Below, in pieces: positions 1-10,203 of a DNA stretch of 64,000 bases. Location of the stretch: positions 3,441 to 67,440 of the forward strand of contig JAJYRE010000018.1 in NCBI GenBank assembly GCA_021794235.1. The letters run 5' to 3'. The stretch comes from Nanobdellota archaeon (GTDB lineage: Archaea > Nanobdellota > Nanobdellia > Parvarchaeales > Parvarchaeaceae). Made by a program: the position numbers and the translations under genes. The notes below the pieces were generated by a model. The model worked only from the letters and a program-made list of their open reading frames with translations, made no database searches and was not told the origin of the DNA. How positions within the stretch are numbered: the stretch's first letter is position 1; each line of letters begins with the position of its first letter.

Positions 1-942
1 TGAAGCTCTTGCGATTACAGATTCTGTCTCACCGCTCAGACCATACCTTCCGATACCCCTAACTGTACCGTCTACGCACATGGCGTCTGCTATCAAGAAT
101 ATGTGTCTTAGATCTACCGGTAAACCTACATTCATTAGAGTACTGTTTACCTCTTCTACTATCAGGTTTCTTGCAACTTCTATTCCGAGAACGCCTGACA
201 CTTCTATTATATCGTTTGATATTGTCCTACTGATATCCACGCCATCCAGCTTTAGAACGGCTTCGAGATTTGTTCCAATCGTCTTTATCCAGAACTCACC
301 GGTTTTACTCACGTTAACTATTGCTCTGCTTATTCCGCTGATGCCGGATATTACTATATCGATTATCTTATTTCTCGTTCTTATCAGCTTCTTTATGCTG
401 TCTGCGGACTTATCGGTTATTACCAGAACATCCCCTTCAGTTTTAGCCTCTAACTTTAGTTTTGAAAGTGCACCGGTTATGTCCTTCATTGTTAAATTAT
501 ACTCCTTTAGCAGATCTCTATCAAAAAGCAGCTCTACCATCTTCTTTCTCAACGAGACGCCATATGATGAAGTAAGGTCTCTTATCCTGATCTCTATAAT
601 GTCGTTTGCAAAGTCTGATGCCTTCTGCTTGGATTTTGCAAAGCCCTCTAAAAGATATATATCCATAGTAGGCGTAGATATCTCCTTTTTTGCATCGAAT
701 ATCTCTACCAGTCTCGGAAGACCTGTCGTAGTATTAATCACTGAAAGACCTGCTGCGTGCTTTGTTCTAAGCGTAAGCTGTGTACTTGCCTCACCTATGC
801 TCTGTGCGGCTATTACTCCTACAGCTTCACCAGGCGTTATAAGTGAACGTTTGTATAGCTTCTCCAGTTCTTTCAAATCGGCGTCCTCTCCATATTTATT
901 CTTGAACGCTTCTATGTATTTGTTAGGTATTTCCGTACTCAT
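1..942 (-). CDS. rpoA2: DNA-directed RNA polymerase subunit A'' (Rpo1C), partial; runs off the window start
   Basis: Not in the ORF track. Manual translation from ATG at 942 gives MSTEIPNKY...[29 protein letters not shown]...[11 protein letters not shown] (trigger-loop region). ATGA overlap with the rpoA1 stop. Confidence 0.96.
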   Translation of the reverse strand, partial: MSTEIPNKYIEAFKNKYGEDADLKELEKLYKRSLITPGEAVGVIAAQSIGEASTQLTLRTKHAAGLSVINTTTGLPRLVEIFDAKKEISTPTMDIYLLEGFAKSKQKASDFANDIIEIRIRDLTSSYGVSLRKKMVELLFDRDLLKEYNLTMKDITGALSKLKLEAKTEGDVLVITDKSADSIKKLIRTRNKIIDIVISGISGISRAIVNVSKTGEFWIKTIGTNLEAVLKLDGVDISRTISNDIIEVSGVLGIEVARNLIVEEVNSTLMNVGLPVDLRHIFLIADAMCVDGTVRGIGRYGLSGETESVIARAS

Positions 943-3461
943 ATCTTAAGATCACCTTTGTCGCTTGCGGACACGTCTAGCCCGTCTTCACCATAGAGGA
1001 ACTGAACCACCTTGTTTCCTACTCTTACCGATAGATCCGGCATTACTTTAAGATCCTGAAGAGCGGATGACAGCCTTCTCTGCATATAACCGGAGATAGG
1101 AGTACGTATCACGTTGTCCATTAACCCTTCTCTACTACTTGCTGAGTGAAGGAAATATTCCCTTGGGTTAAGTCCCTTCCTATAGTTCGAAAGTACAAAT
1201 CCTCTGGCAATTAGTCCGTTATCGCCTTTCTTAAAGTGCGCAGTAAGCCTGCCTTCATAACCATTGCTTATTCTCAGATCCCTGAGCATCTGCTGCCCTA
1301 CAAGACCGACTGTTGGTATAAGGTTTACAGTGCTCCCTTTTGCACCGGATATTATCATAGATTCAACGTTGTTATTCTGTTTGTTTATATAAGCGTCTAT
1401 TATGTTTCTTGTCTTTATTCTTATCCTGTTGGATATACTAAGTATCTTTGATTCTGCAACATCGTCATAATCCTTTGTAAGAGTATTAACTTCCTTGTTT
1501 AGGTCCTCGAACACTTTTTCGATTTCCTGTCTTGCGGCATTTGGTATATCAAAGTCACTTAGATTTACACTCATACCGAATTTTAGAAGTACCATCAAAC
1601 CAAGCTTGTTCGCCTGATCTATAAACTTAGCAGTTACTTCTGGACCGTATCTCACGAACAAAAACTGTAGAAGGCTACCATTTTCCCTACCGATACTTCC
1701 ACTGTCTATTACTCCGTGGGCCAGTTTTCCATTCTTTATGACTACGAGCGAATCCTCGTCCTTTGTGGACTTGTAAGTTGTACTTGTTCCTTCAAAGTTG
1801 AGGTCGTCAGGAAGAACCATGCTGAATATTTCACGGCCTGTATATTTCTTCTTTGTAAGATCTACCACCTCATTTATGTTTGATAACAGGAACTCTGCGG
1901 TCTCTTTATCCACTACCATATCTTTTGAAGTAAGCATAGCGCAACCTGAGATATAGTCCTGAGCGGCGCCTATAAGAGGTAAACCGTGCCTTGGGGATAC
2001 GATATTGTGGGTTATGTTCATTATCATGTCTACTTCCGCGAGCGCCTCTTCATTCTGGAGTACATGGACGTTCATCTCATCACCGTCGAAGTCCGCGTTA
2101 TAAGGAAGTGTGGATGCAGGGTTTATACCGAGCGTGTTATAAGGAAGTACTTTTACCTTGTGCCCCATTATCGATAGCCTGTGAAGGGACGGCTGTCTGT
2201 TGAAAAGTATTGTGTCACCGTCCATAAGGTGCCTCTCTACGATGTAACCTGGCTTTAGCTCATCTACGATATTATCGACCGTGTTCTCTGTTATCTTCTT
2301 CTTTATTCCGTCCGGAGTTATTACGTAATTAGCACCAGGATATGAATTAAAGTTCTTAACAAGCGACTTAAGCCTGTCTATGTTTATGTCTGTAACGTAT
2401 TCGGGATATGTTATTTCTGTAGCGACCTTTGTAGGTACTCCTACCTGGTCGAACCTAAGGAAAGAATCGGGAGAGATTACTGACCTTGCACCATAGTTTA
2501 CCCTTTTACCCAGTGCTGATCCCCTGAACCTACCCTCTTTTCCTTTAATCCTGTCTTCAAGGGTCTTTAATTTCTTATTGGATTTATGACGTGCCACTGG
2601 TACCTGCGCTGAACCATTTGATATAAACGTTGTAACATGGTACTGTAAAAGATCCCACAATTCATCAATAATTATCTCAGGAGCACCGGATCTTATATTC
2701 TCAGCGAGCCTCTGGTTTGTCCTTACTATGTCCGTCAATTTGTGTGTAAGATCATCCTCACTTCTCTGTCCGTTTTCAAGAGTTATCGAAGGACGTATCG
2801 TTATAGGTGGAACTGGCAGAAGTGAAACTATCATCCATTCCGGTCTTGAGTAATCAGGACTAAGCCCGAAAAACTGCAGATCTGAATCCTTTATCTTTTC
2901 CAGTCTGTCTATAACGTCTATCGGTGTCAATTTCTGATCACCTTGTACAAATGTGTATGGTTTTTCCAGTTTTACCTTCTGCTGCTTGGTCTTACAGAAA
3001 GGACATACATTAACATTCTTAGCGTGCTTTATTATCGCCTTCACGAACTTTGTCTTCTTCCTCACACCCTCATTAACTTCAGCCGACAGTATGGCTTCGC
3101 TGAATTTCTTAAGAGAATTGTCTGAGACCAATATTCTACCGCATGAATTGCACGTTGCATTCAATAGGTTGTAAACGTAAGGCACGGTCTTTATGTTAAA
3201 TACAGGCCTGGCTAGTTCTATGTGACCGAAGTGTCCGGGACAGTCCTTTATTGTATTACCGCACGTCTTACAAAGTAGTCCAGGATCTGTTACACCCATT
3301 CTCAGGTCGGACAGTCCGCCGTCTACCGGGAAACCGTCTATATCGTACAGTTCGGATGACGTTACCACGACTGCGCTCATCTTCTGTATAAGCTTTGGAG
3401 ATAATATCCCGAACTCTATCGACTTTATTTTATTGAACACGAAATTGGTCTCTAATTTCAT
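939..3461 (-). CDS. rpoA1: DNA-directed RNA polymerase subunit A' (Rpo1N)
   Basis: Catalytic [10 protein letters not shown], clamp zinc motif [27 protein letters not shown]. Confidence 0.99.
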   Translation of the reverse strand: MKLETNFVFNKIKSIEFGILSPKLIQKMSAVVVTSSELYDIDGFPVDGGLSDLRMGVTDPGLLCKTCGNTIKDCPGHFGHIELARPVFNIKTVPYVYNLLNATCNSCGRILVSDNSLKKFSEAILSAEVNEGVRKKTKFVKAIIKHAKNVNVCPFCKTKQQKVKLEKPYTFVQGDQKLTPIDVIDRLEKIKDSDLQFFGLSPDYSRPEWMIVSLLPVPPITIRPSITLENGQRSEDDLTHKLTDIVRTNQRLAENIRSGAPEIIIDELWDLLQYHVTTFISNGSAQVPVARHKSNKKLKTLEDRIKGKEGRFRGSALGKRVNYGARSVISPDSFLRFDQVGVPTKVATEITYPEYVTDINIDRLKSLVKNFNSYPGANYVITPDGIKKKITENTVDNIVDELKPGYIVERHLMDGDTILFNRQPSLHRLSIMGHKVKVLPYNTLGINPASTLPYNADFDGDEMNVHVLQNEEALAEVDMIMNITHNIVSPRHGLPLIGAAQDYISGCAMLTSKDMVVDKETAEFLLSNINEVVDLTKKKYTGREIFSMVLPDDLNFEGTSTTYKSTKDEDSLVVIKNGKLAHGVIDSGSIGRENGSLLQFLFVRYGPEVTAKFIDQANKLGLMVLLKFGMSVNLSDFDIPNAARQEIEKVFEDLNKEVNTLTKDYDDVAESKILSISNRIRIKTRNIIDAYINKQNNNVESMIISGAKGSTVNLIPTVGLVGQQMLRDLRISNGYEGRLTAHFKKGDNGLIARGFVLSNYRKGLNPREYFLHSASSREGLMDNVIRTPISGYMQRRLSSALQDLKVMPDLSVRVGNKVVQFLYGEDGLDVSASDKGDLKI

Positions 3462-5260
3462 ACCTTTCCTCCTAATACCAGTTTAGGATATATACCCACT
3501 GACTTAAGTTCGTCTAGCAGAATCTTAAACGATGCCGATACTTCTATAAGCTTTATCGGCGCGTCTTCTCCATCGACGGAGCAGTAACCTGTTTTCTTTC
3601 TAACGTTATACACGGATACAAGGCCGCATTTTGAACAGATAGGTATAGTGATCTTGTCAGAGTCGAAACGTTCCTTAAGTGCGAGTGCCGATCCATAGGC
3701 CACGAAGCAATCTTTCTCCATTTCTCCAAGACGCAGACCTCCGCTCTTTGACTTTCCTTCGGTTGGCTGTCTGCTAAGCAACTGTATCGGCCCTCTCGAC
3801 CTCCATTGTATCTTGTTAGCAACGAAGTGCTTGAGTCTTATGTACATCATGTCACCGACGAATATTCTTACCTTCATCTCTTCTCCAGTTATTCCGTTGT
3901 ACATCGTCTCTACGCCATTGTCCCTAAATCCGTATGATACCAGCTCTTTCCTGAGACTCTCTTCCGTCTCTCCTACAAAAGGCGTTCCATCGACATGTCT
4001 TCCGCCAAGCGCGCCCACCTTTCCACCGATAAGCTCAAGCAGGTATGCCATGGACATTCTTGTAGGTATAGAGTATGGTGAGAAAATCAGGTCTGGAACG
4101 ATACCCGAGTATGTAAACGGCATATCCTCTTGGTTAAGCAGCATTCCTACGATTCCTTTTTGCCCGCTTCTCGGTCCAAACTTGTCGCCTATCTCGACCT
4201 TTCTATCTTGTCTTACTTTAAGCGAAACATATTTGTTACCGTCTGCTGTGGATGTAAGGAAAACGTTTTCGACTGTTCCTCCTTCCCCTGCTCTGCATTC
4301 AACGGAGGATTCTACGTATTTTTGAACTCCTAATCTAAATTTATCTATCGATGAAACGAACCTAGGCGGTGATACACGGCCTATAAGAACATCACCGCTG
4401 TCTACGTGTGCGGTCGGCACTGCTATCCCATCCTCATCCAGGAATTTGTAAGCATCTTCTGACCTGTAACCTGCAGTATCCTTTTCAGGCACGGTTATTA
4501 TGTCACTCTGGCCGCCGATATATTTGGTTTCTTCTATCTTATAAGGTCTGAAAAACATGGATCTGAACAGACCTCTGTCCACTGATGATTTGTTTATTAT
4601 TATTGCATCGTCCATGTTGTAACCAAGATATGAAAGGACTGCTACTACAATATTTTGACCGAGTACATGGGACTTGAAATATTCATTATCATACATCTTA
4701 GTCTTTACTATAGGCATCTGCTGGTCTATGGCGATCATGGAGTCATTATCGGATCTTATCAAATAATTTGTAGTGTATATGCCTACGCCCTGCTGGACAC
4801 TTTTAACAGCAGTTACATTCCTGTGTGCGTTACTGTGATTTATGAACGGTAGAAGGGAAGCCTGCGTACCGAATATCGAAAGGGGAGTTATCTCCATGTG
4901 AGTGTGCTCTTTGGTAAGTTCGCTCTCGTCTAAAGCGATGAGTGCGGACTCTTCCTCCTCGGCGTCAATATATTCTATCTTTCCGGATGTTATCAGATCA
5001 GCCCATGTTATATGGCCTTCATCGAGAAGTTTTATGTCCTCTTTTGTTACCATAGGTTTCCCGTTTTCGACAACGATAACAGCCCTGATAAGTCTGCCAC
5101 CATCCGAATAAATCAGAACGCCGTCCGACTCTTCTCTGTATCTTACGTTAACTTCCTTCGGTATATTACCGGACCTTCTCTCTTTTATTATGTTTTTTAC
5201 CAGACCCTTTGGATCGTCAGTCTTTCCAACCAAAACACCGTTTACAAAAACAAAACTCAT
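3458..5260 (-). CDS. rpoB1: DNA-directed RNA polymerase subunit B' (Rpo2C)
   Basis: GYNMDDA, GDKF..R.GQKG, RQPTEG..GGLRLGEME, C-terminal zinc ribbon. Confidence 0.98.
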   Translation of the reverse strand: MSFVFVNGVLVGKTDDPKGLVKNIIKERRSGNIPKEVNVRYREESDGVLIYSDGGRLIRAVIVVENGKPMVTKEDIKLLDEGHITWADLITSGKIEYIDAEEEESALIALDESELTKEHTHMEITPLSIFGTQASLLPFINHSNAHRNVTAVKSVQQGVGIYTTNYLIRSDNDSMIAIDQQMPIVKTKMYDNEYFKSHVLGQNIVVAVLSYLGYNMDDAIIINKSSVDRGLFRSMFFRPYKIEETKYIGGQSDIITVPEKDTAGYRSEDAYKFLDEDGIAVPTAHVDSGDVLIGRVSPPRFVSSIDKFRLGVQKYVESSVECRAGEGGTVENVFLTSTADGNKYVSLKVRQDRKVEIGDKFGPRSGQKGIVGMLLNQEDMPFTYSGIVPDLIFSPYSIPTRMSMAYLLELIGGKVGALGGRHVDGTPFVGETEESLRKELVSYGFRDNGVETMYNGITGEEMKVRIFVGDMMYIRLKHFVANKIQWRSRGPIQLLSRQPTEGKSKSGGLRLGEMEKDCFVAYGSALALKERFDSDKITIPICSKCGLVSVYNVRKKTGYCSVDGEDAPIKLIEVSASFKILLDELKSVGIYPKLVLGGKV

Positions 5261-6735
5261 ATTGATTTCACTCCGTATTTTCTGATTATATCGACAACTG
5301 CGTTAGTTTCTATGCCGTCATCAGAAACCTTTGATAGCACAGCTATATTTTTAGTCAGACCTATCTTTGGTCCTTCCGGAGTCTCTACAGCGCAAAACCT
5401 TCCGAAGTGTGTCCCGTGAAGATCTCTTGCCCTGTAATTCTCCCTGTTAGATGTTAAAAGCGATTCTACCTTTCTAAGGTGAGATATTGTGGATGGGAAG
5501 CTCCTCCTGTCAAGGTGCTGTGTTATACCTACCCTTCCACCGACCCACTGGCCCGTAGCCAGAGACGAACGCAGTCTTGTAGTGAGCTGGTCTGATGTAA
5601 ATATGTACTTTGGACTAGGAACTCTGTCCTTTTTTATACCCCTTTCAAAGTTGTATTTTGCATCGTTCAATACCTGTTTGAATATGAATCTGAAAAGCAT
5701 GTCCAAGTTGTAATTTTCCGAGTGCAGCCTCTTGTTGGAGTAGTGGTCCTTGTCGACTTCCCTCTTCTCAAGCGCGTATGTCAACAGTCTTGAAACCACA
5801 TACATTAAGTAGTCTCCCTTCTCTTTTCTTGAATCCTTTTCCCGTCCTAGGAAAGGAAATAGCAGCGAGTCTATGTTGAGTTCAGCTGTGTCCTTTGCGT
5901 GTATCGAGTGCAGAAGCTTTCCTATAGTCTCCAGTGCATCGTTTTCATTCTTTATATCGAATGCAATCATATTTGTTCTTATAGTGTTTTCTATGTCCTC
6001 ATCACCATTGCTGATCTTCTTGATTACCTCGTTTTCACTGGAGAACCCTAGTGCTTTAAGCAGCGTCGTGACTGGGACCCTCTTTAGCTTTCCGAAAGTT
6101 ATGTAAATAAGATTGCTGTTTGACAGCTGTATAGAGTGAGGGACTTTTATAGTGTCTGCATCCGCAAATATCTTCGCGGTGTATACAAAACCCTCCTGCG
6201 AATCCTTGCTTATCAGTATATTGTTTGGTGCCAGATCCTCAGTGGTTATTATTATCCTCTCAGTTCCATTGATTATGAAGTATCCTCCAGGATCGTTTGG
6301 GTCTTCTTTTGCCGCTGCGAGTTCTTCCGGCGACATCCCGTACAGATTGCAGTATCTTGACTTAATAAGTATAGGCATTCTGCCTATTACAACCTGCTCT
6401 TCGCTAACTATCTTTTTATCCGCCTCGTATGAAACTGTTAGCATGATCGGCGCGTCGTATGTAAGATCCCTTATCCTTGCCTCCATCGGCATTATCGGAC
6501 GTACTATGCTATCTGCCTCCAAAAGATCCGGCTTGCCTATAGAAATCTTTCCGAGTTTTATGAGGAATTTATCGATTCCGCTTGGCTTTATTACAGGTTC
6601 AACTACGGATTCGCTGTCCACAATCTTCTGCAGACCCCTGTCGATAAAGTATTCGAATGATTTTATGTGGTGTGCAGAAAGCGAAGTAGCCTTCAGGGCA
6701 GCGCTTAACAAAGTATTGCTTTCGTTCTTATCCAT
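5257..6735 (-). CDS. rpoB2: DNA-directed RNA polymerase subunit B'' (Rpo2N)
   Basis: PMEARIRDLTY, DPGGYFIINGTER, DKDHYSNKRL, ETPEG motifs. Confidence 0.98.
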   Translation of the reverse strand: MDKNESNTLLSAALKATSLSAHHIKSFEYFIDRGLQKIVDSESVVEPVIKPSGIDKFLIKLGKISIGKPDLLEADSIVRPIMPMEARIRDLTYDAPIMLTVSYEADKKIVSEEQVVIGRMPILIKSRYCNLYGMSPEELAAAKEDPNDPGGYFIINGTERIIITTEDLAPNNILISKDSQEGFVYTAKIFADADTIKVPHSIQLSNSNLIYITFGKLKRVPVTTLLKALGFSSENEVIKKISNGDEDIENTIRTNMIAFDIKNENDALETIGKLLHSIHAKDTAELNIDSLLFPFLGREKDSRKEKGDYLMYVVSRLLTYALEKREVDKDHYSNKRLHSENYNLDMLFRFIFKQVLNDAKYNFERGIKKDRVPSPKYIFTSDQLTTRLRSSLATGQWVGGRVGITQHLDRRSFPSTISHLRKVESLLTSNRENYRARDLHGTHFGRFCAVETPEGPKIGLTKNIAVLSKVSDDGIETNAVVDIIRKYGVKSI

Positions 6736-6742
6736 AAAAAAT

Positions 6743-6976
6743 TCACTTCACAACCACACGATAGTAATTGTGTTCTCCCGCTGTCTGACTGTTTCTGGTT
6801 ATTTCCAGAACGTCGTTCTCGTTTGCTCCGAGTTGTTTAACTGCAGGATCTGATAATTTAATCTTTGGCAGGTCTCTCTTTAGAACATTGTACTTAGCCA
6901 GCATTTCGTCGGTTTCCTGAGTAGACATTACTCTGTATTTGGGCGATAAACGGCTGTCGAAAATGGCGATGTCCAA
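6743..6976 (-). CDS. rpoH: RNA polymerase subunit H (Rpo5)
   Basis: LPKIKLSDPAVK...ITRNSQTAGEHNYYRVV; canonical position ahead of rpoB; TTG start. Confidence 0.95.
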   Translation of the reverse strand: MDIAIFDSRLSPKYRVMSTQETDEMLAKYNVLKRDLPKIKLSDPAVKQLGANENDVLEITRNSQTAGEHNYYRVVVK

Positions 6977-7070
6977 GCGTAAGACCTCTACTATAATTTA
7001 TAATTGGTAATTATAATATTGATACTATATAAAGCTTTCTATTTGAAAATTTTCCTAAAAAAACAAATTT

Positions 7071-7841
7071 TTAACGCAAATTACTGCCAAAAATAGACTG
7101 TCGCCTCTGCTGCATATCGCTTTTTTCCGAGCTTTTTATTTCTAAAAACAAATGCGTACTTGAAGATGTATACGCTGTAAAAAGGTAGCCGATGAAGAAT
7201 GAAGCCATGAGATACCTGTATACCAGTGCCAATGAACCCAGGGAAAGCACGGGATACATCAATACTGCACCTAAGGCGATATAAACAACGAAAGTCAATA
7301 GAGAGCGCCAGTAATTGTGCCTAGCCATATAATTTGATCTCTTAAAGCTGGAGTAGACTGTCTGTCGCTCGGAGAGCAAGGCTACATTGAAAAACATGTT
7401 TGATACGCCGAAGTACAATCCCGGTACTACAAGGAGGATAAGACCGCCTATAGCCACTAGGTATTGGAACACCGTAGCAAAAAAGAACCTAGGATACTCT
7501 CCTAACGAGACCTTAGCGAGACTGGAAAATTTTACAGCACCCATGACTCTCGTATAGCTATTTATGTAGACTATAAGTTCCGCCAGCCAGACTAGTATAA
7601 AAACTATTGCTAGAACAGAGATTACCCCTAGGGCTAGAAACGAAGTCGAATAAACTGGAGCTAAACCCTGATTGAATACGTTTATACTGAGCCCGAGCGA
7701 ATAAATTGGTACGACGAATGAAAAGAAGAACATTGTTGCTACTGCGGCTATAAAAATAAGAAAGGTCTTTTTCCCTGTTATGGATGTCAGACCTTGCAGT
7801 ATAGGCCTCACATAATCATACAAACCCGAAAAATTGGACAT
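7071..7841 (-). CDS. Multi-pass membrane protein of unknown function
   Basis: About 6 hydrophobic segments; GLILLVVPGLY motif typical of uncharacterised archaeal membrane proteins. Confidence 0.7.
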   Translation of the reverse strand: MSNFSGLYDYVRPILQGLTSITGKKTFLIFIAAVATMFFFSFVVPIYSLGLSINVFNQGLAPVYSTSFLALGVISVLAIVFILVWLAELIVYINSYTRVMGAVKFSSLAKVSLGEYPRFFFATVFQYLVAIGGLILLVVPGLYFGVSNMFFNVALLSERQTVYSSFKRSNYMARHNYWRSLLTFVVYIALGAVLMYPVLSLGSLALVYRYLMASFFIGYLFTAYTSSSTHLFLEIKSSEKSDMQQRRQSIFGSNLR

Positions 7842-7871
7842 ATAATACTATCTTTTCACAAATTAAAATAC

Positions 7872-8519
7872 CTATTTGCTCTGCCTGTTTCTGTAGAACG
7901 CCTTATTTTTGTACTCACAATACTCGTAGACAGGGCAACGGTAACACTGGGGGGACATTGGTTTGCATATATCCCTACCAAACTGCACAAGAGTGTGATT
8001 TGCTATGATCCGAAGGCGGTCAGACAGCATAGACTCCAACACTATTTGTGTGCGTTCAGGTTTTCTGTTGTCCTGAACCACCCCTAATCTCTTAGAAATC
8101 CTATTGACATGAGTATCCACAGGGACGTAGGGAAGACCGAACCCCCATACGAGTACTAGGCTTGCGACCTTATGACCGACGCCCGGGATCATGAGCAGGT
8201 CCTCCTTGTTATCAGGGACTTTTCCTCCGAATCTGTCTAAAAGAACCCGGCATGCGGATTTTAGGTGCTTAGCTTTTGTTTTGTAGAACCCGACGGGGTA
8301 TATCAGTTTTTCTATACGATGCGTGTCTAATTTTACGATTTTATCCGGAGTACCGGCTACTTTCAAAAGTCTAGCCTGTGCGGGAAATGTAGTTGTATCC
8401 TTGGTTCTTGTAGAAAGTATACCGTGGATCAATATTTCAAAAGGATCCTCCTTCTCAAGCTTAACGTGGTATTTTTTCCCGAGTACAGAAATAACTGTTG
8501 ATAGCGTTTTACTGTCCAT
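7872..8519 (-). CDS. nth: Endonuclease III (HhH-GPD glycosylase/AP lyase)
   Basis: HhH IPGVGHK, VPVDTHV, 4Fe-4S loop C-x6-C-x2-C-x5-C. Confidence 0.96.
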   Translation of the reverse strand: MDSKTLSTVISVLGKKYHVKLEKEDPFEILIHGILSTRTKDTTTFPAQARLLKVAGTPDKIVKLDTHRIEKLIYPVGFYKTKAKHLKSACRVLLDRFGGKVPDNKEDLLMIPGVGHKVASLVLVWGFGLPYVPVDTHVNRISKRLGVVQDNRKPERTQIVLESMLSDRLRIIANHTLVQFGRDICKPMSPQCYRCPVYEYCEYKNKAFYRNRQSK

Positions 8520-8543
8520 ATCTAACTATTAGCATTGCCGGAA

Positions 8544-9794
8544 TTAAGTCGTTATGTAATTGCTCGTGAACGAAGCGTTTACAAGCTGGCCATTGTAACC
8601 ATTTCCGCTGAAATCGGAAGTTGTTCCGTTAAGCGGCCACCACGCGACTAGGCTGGCGTTACTTACTACCGGTGTACCTGTTATTCCCCTGCTGTAAGCC
8701 TGATTTATCTGAGATGGTGAGAGTACAACGTTATACAACTGCACATTTGATATGTACCCTATAAACGGCCTCTCATCACATTGTGGGAATTCGTCGCCTA
8801 TACGTATCTGAGGGCCACCAGTATAAGAATTTGTATTCACGGTACTAGACCCAACACCGTTTATCTGAGCGTAGTAATTTGGTGCTTTGACAGAATATGC
8901 CAAGAATACCCATTTCTGATTGTAGAACTCTGTTGCGGAAGAGATCGATACGGTAGTGTCTGCTGGACTGCATCTATGCCATGAGGCAACATAAGGAGAA
9001 ATTCCTTGATTCGGCTGCGTAGCGGAGGTATCCCACCCCCAACCTACTCCCAATGCTTGATAACCATTAAATCCAAAAAGGCCGACTCCGTTTCCGCCCC
9101 CTATAAATGTAGAATTCGGAGATGGCGGAAAATATGTTGAATAATTGTCATAACCGCTCTGTACCCACATTATAACTGTATACGTAGTATTTGTGCCGCT
9201 TATACTCTGAGTTGCATTCATGTAGGAGTATCCTCCTTGTGTATAGGCATAATTCGGATTATTTAATCTAATAAAAGGGTGAGCGAAATTGTTTATCCTA
9301 AGGACAAATGCAGGGATATTGCCGGAGGATGAAGTTCCAGTTAGAGTACCGGATGCCGAATAAGGACCGGGAAATTGAGTCTCAGGTTCAGAATAAGAGA
9401 CTGTAACGCTAAGCGAATATCTGGAATTTGCAGGCGGACAAGCATTAGGCACTGAGAAAGAGTAAGAACCGGAGGTTGGTATAAACGGTTCCGAGTTTAT
9501 AGTGGTTGACGGGTTTGCATTCGCTACCGTACCGTTCTGAAGCTCTACCGATATACCTGTTATCTCTATGAGCTGTGATTGTGAATTGCCTAATGCTAGC
9601 CTAAGCACCCCATTTCCATAGCAGATGGCAGAAACATGGCCCATGCCTGTAAATCCTGTGATGGTTGCTGCTACATTCTGCGCCGGTGTGAATATTCCGA
9701 GAGAATACATTATAACGATGACAGCCGCAATTACCAGTAGGGCCCAGCCATATGTAACTAGGTATTCTAGGGCGGATTGGGACTTGTGCACCAT
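8544..9794 (-). CDS. Class III signal peptide (type IV pilin-like) surface protein with C-terminal LamG-like domain
   Basis: KS|QSALEYLVTYGWALLVI N-terminus; C-terminal FIGYISNVQLYNVVLS...LVAWWPLNG..D.SGNG LamG-like signature. Confidence 0.85.
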   Translation of the reverse strand: MVHKSQSALEYLVTYGWALLVIAAVIVIMYSLGIFTPAQNVAATITGFTGMGHVSAICYGNGVLRLALGNSQSQLIEITGISVELQNGTVANANPSTTINSEPFIPTSGSYSFSVPNACPPANSRYSLSVTVSYSEPETQFPGPYSASGTLTGTSSSGNIPAFVLRINNFAHPFIRLNNPNYAYTQGGYSYMNATQSISGTNTTYTVIMWVQSGYDNYSTYFPPSPNSTFIGGGNGVGLFGFNGYQALGVGWGWDTSATQPNQGISPYVASWHRCSPADTTVSISSATEFYNQKWVFLAYSVKAPNYYAQINGVGSSTVNTNSYTGGPQIRIGDEFPQCDERPFIGYISNVQLYNVVLSPSQINQAYSRGITGTPVVSNASLVAWWPLNGTTSDFSGNGYNGQLVNASFTSNYITT

Positions 9795-9864
9795 ATAAGA
9801 TATTAATATAGATTAACTTATAATAATGTCTTACATTGATACCCTATAAATATAGGTATTTGTA

Positions 9865-10203
9865 TTGCATATGGATTACAAGATAAAAAGCGAAGGGTTG
9901 AAGGCTCTGGTAGAGAAATATGACATAGATCTCGGAGAGATAGTAGACTGGATAAAAGAAAAAAAATTCAATAAGGTTGCCATACAGATACCGGATGGAT
10001 TCAAGCTGCACGCCATGGAAATCTCTGATTTCATAAGCGAAAACTCAGGTGCCGAAGTCTACATATGGGGAGGAAGCACTTACGGTGCATGTGATATCCC
10101 TGTGGGTCTAGAAAAGCTGGGAATAAAGGCGATAATTCAGTTCGGCCATGCCAGGTTTAGGGCGGACGAATTAAAGAGACCTACGGAGATAAGAAATGAT
10201 TAG
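9865..10203 (+). CDS. dph2: Diphthamide synthesis Dph2, N-terminal domain only (split or truncated)
   Basis: VAIQIPDGFK, GSTYGACD, IIQFGHA motifs; only about 110 aa; likely start ATG at 9871. Confidence 0.85.
   Translation: MHMDYKIKSEGLKALVEKYDIDLGEIVDWIKEKKFNKVAIQIPDGFKLHAMEISDFISENSGAEVYIWGGSTYGACDIPVGLEKLGIKAIIQFGHARFRADELKRPTEIRND

Noticed and set aside
80-949. 289-aa plus-strand ORF
   Set aside because: Antisense shadow of rpoA2; the minus frame carries the RNAP motifs.
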